A stretch of DNA of 4,054 nucleotides from a virus (taxonomy: Duplodnaviria; Heunggongvirae; Uroviricota; Caudoviricetes). The stretch is taken from IMG/VR virus record IMGVR_UViG_2695420685_000017, one strand, 5' to 3'. The notes beneath the pieces are model-generated. The model saw only the letters and a program-made list of their open reading frames with translations. It was not told where the DNA came from and searched no databases. Shown here piece by piece: positions 1 through 4,054 of this stretch. How positions within the stretch are numbered: position 1 is the first letter of the stretch; the number at the start of each line of letters is the position of its first letter. Made by a program: the position numbers and the translations under genes.

Positions 1-199
1 CCCCGTCAGTAGCTGAACAGGAGGGACAGCTGATAGAAACAGAAGCCACTGGAGCACCTCAAAAACACCATCATACACTAAATCAGTAAGTTGGCAGCAT
101 CACCAAGGCATTAAAACTAAAAAATGATGAACTTGCAGTCGAGATTGAAACATTGAAAGTACTTGTACAATCACTATTCGATAATAAATAAATACAAAA

Positions 200-219
200 G
201 GGATAAATGGATTTATCCC
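200..219. promoter_or_regulatory. Perfect 9-bp inverted repeat GGGATAAAT-GG-ATTTATCCC, 29 bp upstream of the major tail protein start; possible operator or stem-loop
   Basis: Read directly: 200-208 GGGATAAAT is the exact reverse complement of 211-219 ATTTATCCC, with a 2-nt spacer. It lies in the untranslated leader upstream of the Shine-Dalgarno AAGGA (237-241). Function is not established. Confidence 0.35.
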
Positions 220-248
220 ATTAATTCAATTCTTATAAGGATATAAAT

Positions 249-710
249 ATGGCTATGGATATTTTTGCAGGTGCTAACCTACAGGTCGAAGTAGGTACAA
301 GTGCTGGCAGTACTATTGCAACGGATTTTGAAGTAATCCCGGAAGTGAATACCTTCACGACTTCAGGCTTTGAGAGTGCCGTAATTACTGTAAAAACATT
401 TAATAATGCGTATGACCGAAAATTATTAGGTACTAAATCAATCCCTGATATTAGTCTTGAAGTTAACTACTTACCGGATAATGTAGTACACCAAAAATTA
501 GAACAGCTTGCCGATGATCAGAAACGTTGTCAAATCAAACTCAGCTATTTTGAAGATGCGACTAAAACAACAGGATTCTATGTTATCTATACCTGTTTCG
601 TGTCGAGTACGACTATCGGTGGTGACAAGGATGAAGTCGTAACTAAGACCTTCACGCTTGCTGTAGATGGTGCTGCTATTGATTCAGGACTGATTACTGA
701 AACTCCATAA
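249..710 (+). CDS. Phage major tail (tube) protein, 153 aa
   Basis: ATG at 249 is preceded by AAGGA (237-241) with 7-nt spacing, and the ORF ends TAA at 708-710. It sits immediately upstream of the chaperone pair and tape measure gene, the conserved siphovirus order. Size (about 150 aa) and the predicted beta-rich, Thr/Val/Ser-rich composition fit a tail tube subunit. Family assignment is by synteny, not homology search. Confidence 0.75.
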   Translation: MAMDIFAGANLQVEVGTSAGSTIATDFEVIPEVNTFTTSGFESAVITVKTFNNAYDRKLLGTKSIPDISLEVNYLPDNVVHQKLEQLADDQKRCQIKLSYFEDATKTTGFYVIYTCFVSSTTIGGDKDEVVTKTFTLAVDGAAIDSGLITETP

Positions 711-720
711 TTTAATAAAT

Positions 721-749
721 AAAGGGAAGGTTATTAACTTTCCTTTTTT
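721..749 (+). terminator. Putative weak intrinsic terminator or attenuator hairpin between the major tail protein and chaperone genes
   Basis: 721-729 AAAGGGAAG pairs with 738-746 CTTTCCTTT (9 bp, one G-U pair, 8-nt loop), followed by TTT (747-749). The stem is AU-rich, so termination would be partial at best. Confidence 0.3.
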
Positions 750-767
750 CGTATATGGAGATAACAG

Positions 768-1067
768 ATGAATTTAATGGAACTAAAAAAGAAACTACAA
801 CCAGAGCTAAAACCATTTGAGATCGAAGGCTTCACGCTCTACATCCACCGTCCAAATGGTCGCGATTTTGCAAACTGTACTGATGTAGCAAATACTCTCA
901 TTCTTTGTGTTAAAGATGAAAATGGTGATCCTATTTTCTCTGATGAAGATATTGATGGGCGTATTAATGTCAACAGCATTGATTATGTTATGCAGGGCAA
1001 AATCTATCAGGCAATTATTCAACTTGTCAGTGACAGTAATCCAGTGGATGAAGTCGAAAAAAAGTAA
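768..1067 (+). CDS. Tail assembly chaperone, lambda gpG-like (99 aa), the upstream partner of a G/GT frameshift pair
   Basis: ATG at 768 has GGAG (757-760) at 7-nt spacing. It is a small acidic protein lying between the major tail protein and the tape measure gene, and it ends at a slippery heptamer followed by TAA (1065-1067). Confidence 0.8.
   Translation: MNLMELKKKLQPELKPFEIEGFTLYIHRPNGRDFANCTDVANTLILCVKDENGDPIFSDEDIDGRINVNSIDYVMQGKIYQAIIQLVSDSNPVDEVEKK
1058..1064 (+). promoter_or_regulatory. Programmed -1 ribosomal frameshift slippery heptamer A_AAA_AAG
   Basis: In the 768 frame the codons are GAA AAA AAG TAA, so the heptamer A AAA AAG (1058-1064) is in the correct X_XXY_YYZ register and is followed directly by the zero-frame stop. 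The -1 frame is open from 1052 through 1456. The downstream ORF has no Shine-Dalgarno of its own before its ATG at 1100. Confidence 0.65.
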
Positions 1068-1099
1068 GATGTGATAGCCATCTGCGGTACTTCTGTAAA

Positions 1100-1456
1100 A
1101 TGGTCAATAAACGTGGTTTATCACCAGATGAGTACTTTAATTTAGATCCTGAAGTACTCGATATGCTTATGGTTTACGATGCCTATATAGAACCGACAGG
1201 TACGCAAATTGAGATGTTGAAACATGCTTATCAGTGCTATTACACCACGATAAGTAATGGGAATCTCACGCCAGAGGCACGGCGTAGTATCAAAGTTGCT
1301 GATTTTGATTTTCTGGATGTTTTTAATAGCGATCTCACTACACAAGAAAAAGCAGAAGTGAAAGAACAGAAGAAAAAAGAAGCTCAGGCCAATGATATTA
1401 AATCAATCGGTGACGCTATCAGGAATCAGGTATTAGGAAAGAAGAATGGCAAATAA
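1100..1456 (+). CDS. Tail assembly chaperone -1-frame extension (T segment of gpGT-like protein); probably expressed mainly as a 768..1456 frameshift fusion of about 229 aa rather than from the ATG at 1100
   Basis: This frame is -1 relative to 768..1067 and is open from 1052, with its upstream stop TGA at 1049-1051. No SD-like motif precedes ATG 1100 (upstream sequence is GGTACTTCTGTAAA). Its stop TAA (1454-1456) overlaps the tape measure start, and the position matches the lambda G/GT arrangement. Confidence 0.7.
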   Translation: MVNKRGLSPDEYFNLDPEVLDMLMVYDAYIEPTGTQIEMLKHAYQCYYTTISNGNLTPEARRSIKVADFDFLDVFNSDLTTQEKAEVKEQKKKEAQANDIKSIGDAIRNQVLGKKNGK

Positions 1457-3665
1457 TAATAGAATTCGTTTTGATATTGACGGGGATACGTCAGGTTTAC
1501 AGCGTGCTTTGCGACAAGGCACCTCATCACTTGAAGAATTCGGTTCAAATGCTGGCGGTGTGATTGAAGATCTCACTGGCAGTTTTAGTGGGCTTGCTGG
1601 CGGTTTCGGTACGGCAATGACAGGTTTAGCGGGGGCTGCTGCAATTGGTATTGGTGGCCTTACTGCACTGGTCAATTCAAGCCGCGAATATGTGCGTGAA
1701 ATGAATGAAATCAGTCGTAGTGCTGGATTGTCCGTCATGCAGCTTCAGCAGCTATTGGCGGCGTTTAGCGGTCTTGGGCTTGAAATGGATAAGTTTGGGG
1801 ATTTCAACAAGGATACGCTCGATAAACTCGGGGATGCGTTCCGTGCTGGCGGCGGTGTTAGTGACGATCTTAAAGAGTACGGGCTGAACCTACAGCAATA
1901 TAACAAGTACCTTAAACAAGCAGATGGCGGTATGCAGGCCGTGATCCACACGTTTTATGCCATGCGGGATGCAGGTAAGTCACAGGCCGAAATCGTCAAC
2001 GTCATGGAAACACTGGCGAGTGATTCAAGCCACATGATCAGTACTCTACAGCAGTTCAATACTGAAGCCGATGCAATGACGTACATACAGGGCCAGAACG
2101 CCGCAGTGAGTAACGAGGCAGCGGCAAACTATGCAGAGTTCGATAAGAATCTGGATAAGCTGACAACCCGTATCAAAGGTACTATCGCTGATGGTCTGAA
2201 TCCACTCGTGGGGGCAATGAATGCAATACTGGATGCCGCCAATCAGAAGCCCCATGAAGCAGGGCTATTTGAAGATCTGAACGAGAAGATTAAAACGTCG
2301 AAGGGGTCATTACAGGATTTTTTAGACATATGGGAAAAGTTACGCACCTCCGGGGCTTTAAACTACCAGGGTGCAGCCTTGCAAACTGGCAGTATGGATA
2401 ATGGCAAGCAGAGTGTGTACGCCAGTGCTCAAGCCAATCTTGAAGGACTCGTGAATAACTTTCGCAATGACATAGCTACTGTTACGGCTCCGCAAGGTGG
2501 CTGGAAAGACGAAGCTAAAGAACGTGAGGATGCTCAGAAGAAAGCCGATCAGCTACGGAAACAGGCAGAACAAGTCCAAAAGCAGGCTGATACAAAAAGG
2601 CTACAGGCACAGCGTAATCTTGAAACGGCACTTGCTCAGGTCGGGGAAGAGGGCTTCAAAGTACGCCTACAGCAGTTCGACAGGCAACAGAAAGCCCTTC
2701 TTAAGACGATTACGGACAGTGCTCAGGTACTTGGAATATCACCAAAGCAACTTAAAGAATATGTCGATGCCGCAAATGCTTCTGGTACTAAACAACGTAA
2801 TGATTTAATCAATTCAATGGTTGGTTATCAAGATCCCAATCAGGGTCTGAAAGATACAAATAGCTTAATTTCTTCTGGTGTACTGAACAGTACTCAAAAA
2901 TCATTCCTAACAGATCAGCAAAATCAGCGTATCAATGGTGGTAATCCCTTAAGTTATGATAATACCGATCAATTACTGAAAGATAATCAGGATGCCATGA
3001 ATGCAGAACTTCAGCAGAATGATTTATTACTGAAGGGGCATGAAGATTATGAAAAGAGAAAGGCAGAGATTACGGCAAAGTATAATGCTCAGGCTATCGA
3101 TATCAGTAACCAGAATGCACAGCAACAACTAACAATTTTCAGCGATACAGCCCAATCCTTAAGTGATGGCATGGTCGCAGCGTTTGGTGAATCTTCAGGG
3201 GCAGCACAGGCGGCATTCGCATTGAGTAAGGGCATTACTATTGCTCAGACAGTACTCTCAATACAATCAGCATTAGCACAGGCTCTTGCTACGCCGTGGC
3301 CCGCAAGCCTCGCAAACTACGCTCAGGTACTATCGTTAGGTATGAGCATTATCAGTACTGCGAAGGGGGCTGCAAGTGGGCAGTTCCACGGCGGTGTAGA
3401 TGAATTGCCCGCTGGTATGGATAACAAAAGTTTTATACTGAAAGCCGGTGAGCGTGTAGTACAGCCAGAAGCTAACAAGAAGCTGACTAAGTTCCTCGAT
3501 ACTCAGGAGAAAGGCGGTGGTACTGCTGGAGATATCACCGTCAACGCCCCCTTGATCATTCAGGGAGACGTTGCAGGTGATGATAAGAAATTCAATGAAA
3601 TGTTGAAGAAGCACGCTAATAGCGTTACTCAGGCCGTAAGAAGCAGTCAGAGACGGAATACTTAA
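1446..3665 (+). CDS. Phage tail tape measure protein, 739 aa
   Basis: ATG at 1446 has AGGA (1435-1438) at 7-nt spacing and overlaps the upstream ORF by 11 nt. The protein is long and low in complexity: a Gly/Ala-rich hydrophobic N-terminal segment (GLAGGFGTAMTGLAGAAAIGIGGLTAL), a long Gln/Lys/Glu/Ala-rich helical central region, and a hydrophobic C-terminal segment (ITIAQTVLSIQSALAQALATPWPASLANYAQVLSLGMSIISTA). Position directly after the chaperone pair is diagnostic. Confidence 0.9.
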   Translation: MANNNRIRFDIDGDTSGLQRALRQGTSSLEEFGSNAGGVIEDLTGSFSGLAGGFGTAMTGLAGAAAIGIGGLTALVNSSREYVREMNEISRSAGLSVMQLQQLLAAFSGLGLEMDKFGDFNKDTLDKLGDAFRAGGGVSDDLKEYGLNLQQYNKYLKQADGGMQAVIHTFYAMRDAGKSQAEIVNVMETLASDSSHMISTLQQFNTEADAMTYIQGQNAAVSNEAAANYAEFDKNLDKLTTRIKGTIADGLNPLVGAMNAILDAANQKPHEAGLFEDLNEKIKTSKGSLQDFLDIWEKLRTSGALNYQGAALQTGSMDNGKQSVYASAQANLEGLVNNFRNDIATVTAPQGGWKDEAKEREDAQKKADQLRKQAEQVQKQADTKRLQAQRNLETALAQVGEEGFKVRLQQFDRQQKALLKTITDSAQVLGISPKQLKEYVDAANASGTKQRNDLINSMVGYQDPNQGLKDTNSLISSGVLNSTQKSFLTDQQNQRINGGNPLSYDNTDQLLKDNQDAMNAELQQNDLLLKGHEDYEKRKAEITAKYNAQAIDISNQNAQQQLTIFSDTAQSLSDGMVAAFGESSGAAQAAFALSKGITIAQTVLSIQSALAQALATPWPASLANYAQVLSLGMSIISTAKGAASGQFHGGVDELPAGMDNKSFILKAGERVVQPEANKKLTKFLDTQEKGGGTAGDITVNAPLIIQGDVAGDDKKFNEMLKKHANSVTQAVRSSQRRNT

Positions 3666-3686
3666 GAAAGCCCTACATGGGCTTTC
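3666..3686. terminator. Hairpin GAAAGCCC-TACAT-GGGCTTTC between convergent genes; putative bidirectional intrinsic terminator
   Basis: Read directly: an 8-bp stem with 4 G-C pairs and a 5-nt loop, starting 1 nt after the tape measure stop (3663-3665). It overlaps the last codons and stop of the minus-strand ORF and is followed on the + strand by the T-rich TCTTTG. Confidence 0.5.
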
Positions 3687-3927
3687 TCTTTGCAAGATAT
3701 TCGCATTTCTTTTTATAGATCAATTTGCGGGTATTGATCGACTTAATCTTTCTAAGTAACTGACTAAAACTTAACACTGTACTGGCAGAAATGAGAAACG
3801 TGTAAATGAATAGATTTGCTAATTTACCACCGTCAAAAGTGGAAATGTCTTTAAATATAAAAACGCCAACAAATATAGGTAGCAAAAAGCCACCTACTAA
3901 TATTACAACCAGACTAATATTAAACAT
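3673..3927 (-). CDS. Small hypothetical membrane protein, 84 aa, two predicted transmembrane segments and a strongly basic C-terminal tail; convergent to the tail operon (moron candidate)
   Basis: ATG is the complement of 3925-3927 and the stop TAG the complement of 3673-3675. Two hydrophobic stretches (ISLVVILVGGFLLPIFVGVFIF and LANLFIYTFLISASTVLSF) are followed by a Lys/Arg-rich tail. An 84-codon stop-free frame is unlikely by chance in such AT-rich DNA. Caveats: the SD is weak (only AAGTGA upstream), and AT-rich DNA yields Phe/Ile/Leu/Lys-rich translations by default. Confidence 0.5.
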   Translation of the reverse strand: MFNISLVVILVGGFLLPIFVGVFIFKDISTFDGGKLANLFIYTFLISASTVLSFSQLLRKIKSINTRKLIYKKKCEYLAKRKPM

Positions 3928-3973
3928 TTCACTTTTAGGGAAGGTGCGAATAAGCGGGGAAATTCTTCTCGGC

Positions 3974-3984
3974 TGACTCAGTCA
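3974..3984. promoter_or_regulatory. 11-bp palindrome TGACTCAGTCA in the upstream region of the minus-strand small gene; possible regulator binding site
   Basis: Read directly: TGACT-C-AGTCA is a 5-bp inverted repeat around a single central base, lying about 47-57 bp upstream of the minus-strand ATG (3927). No function is demonstrated. Confidence 0.2.
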
Positions 3985-4054
3985 TTTCATTTCTTCATGT
4001 TTGAGCCGATTTTTTCTCCCGTAAATGCCTTGAATCAGCCTATTTAGACCGTTT

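Noticed and set aside
1-89. Open frame running from the window edge to TAA at 87-89 (translation ...PSVAEQEGQLIETEATGAPQKHHHTLNQ); possibly the 3' end of an upstream head-tail joining gene
   Set aside because: Only 28 codons are visible, with no start and no context. It cannot be separated from a chance open frame, so it is not listed as a feature.
140-195. Candidate sigma-70 promoter upstream of the major tail protein gene (TTGAAA at 145-150 and 153-158, GATAAT at 180-185)
   Set aside because: No -35/-10 pair with acceptable 16-18 bp spacing could be assembled. AT-rich DNA yields such hexamers by chance, and phage late genes are usually activator-dependent.
807-1345. Minus-strand ORFs 807..1022 and 1142..1345, antisense to the chaperone genes
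   Set aside because: Both lie fully inside stronger + strand genes with good RBS and synteny. They are AT-rich antisense frames with no translation signals.
1433-1738. 101-aa minus-strand ORF, Pro/Ala-rich, antisense to the tape measure 5' end
   Set aside because: It is antisense to the Gly/Ala-rich coding segment (GGN/GCN codons read in reverse give Pro/Ala), with no RBS. Typical antisense artefact.
1705-2255. Small internal ORFs 1705..1887 (+), 1745..1951 (-) and 2046..2255 (-) within the tape measure gene
   Set aside because: All are embedded in the tape measure coding region and show Cys/Ser/Pro-rich, low-plausibility composition typical of out-of-frame translation. None has an RBS.
2497-2808. 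103-aa + strand ORF in an alternative frame inside the tape measure gene, encoding an extremely Arg/Lys-rich protein
   Set aside because: It lies wholly inside the Q/K/E/A-rich helical part of the tape measure gene, where GAA/AAA/CAG-rich codons read out of frame give Lys/Arg-rich peptides. It has no ribosome-binding site. Most likely a frame shadow, though overprinting cannot be formally excluded without conservation analysis.
3336-3695. 119-aa minus-strand ORF overlapping the tape measure 3' end and the terminator hairpin
   Set aside because: It starts with TTG inside the terminator region, is antisense to a well-supported gene, and has no RBS or coherent protein features.
3806-3975. 56-codon + strand ORF (ATG at 3806) antisense to the small membrane-protein gene
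   Set aside because: Short, no RBS, and overlaps the better-supported minus-strand ORF. Not credible as a continuation of the tail module.
1-4054. Scan for CRISPR repeats, tRNA-like cloverleaf regions, rRNA and terminal inverted repeats of IS elements
   Set aside because: No regularly spaced direct repeats, no tRNA-like structure and no transposase-like ORF were seen. The window is fully explained by phage structural genes plus one accessory ORF.

Overview
The window reads as the central part of a tailed-phage (siphovirus-type, probably prophage) tail-assembly module on the + strand, in the canonical order: major tail (tube) protein (249..710), a small tail assembly chaperone (768..1067), a -1-frame extension ORF (1100..1456), and a 739-aa tape measure protein (1446..3665). 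The two chaperone ORFs are linked by a textbook A_AAA_AAG slippery heptamer sitting directly on the stop codon, so they most likely form a lambda G/GT-like pair made by programmed -1 frameshifting. Immediately after the tape measure gene the gene order breaks: a hairpin terminator is followed by a convergent, AT-rich minus-strand ORF (3673..3927) encoding an 84-aa protein with two hydrophobic segments and a very basic C-terminus. This is the most novel-looking element in the window and a moron-type candidate, but it is a hypothesis only. No rRNA, tRNA, CRISPR array or transposon signature was seen. All product names are inferred from gene order, size and composition; no homology search could be run. 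Overall the window is AT-rich, but the host cannot be determined from it.
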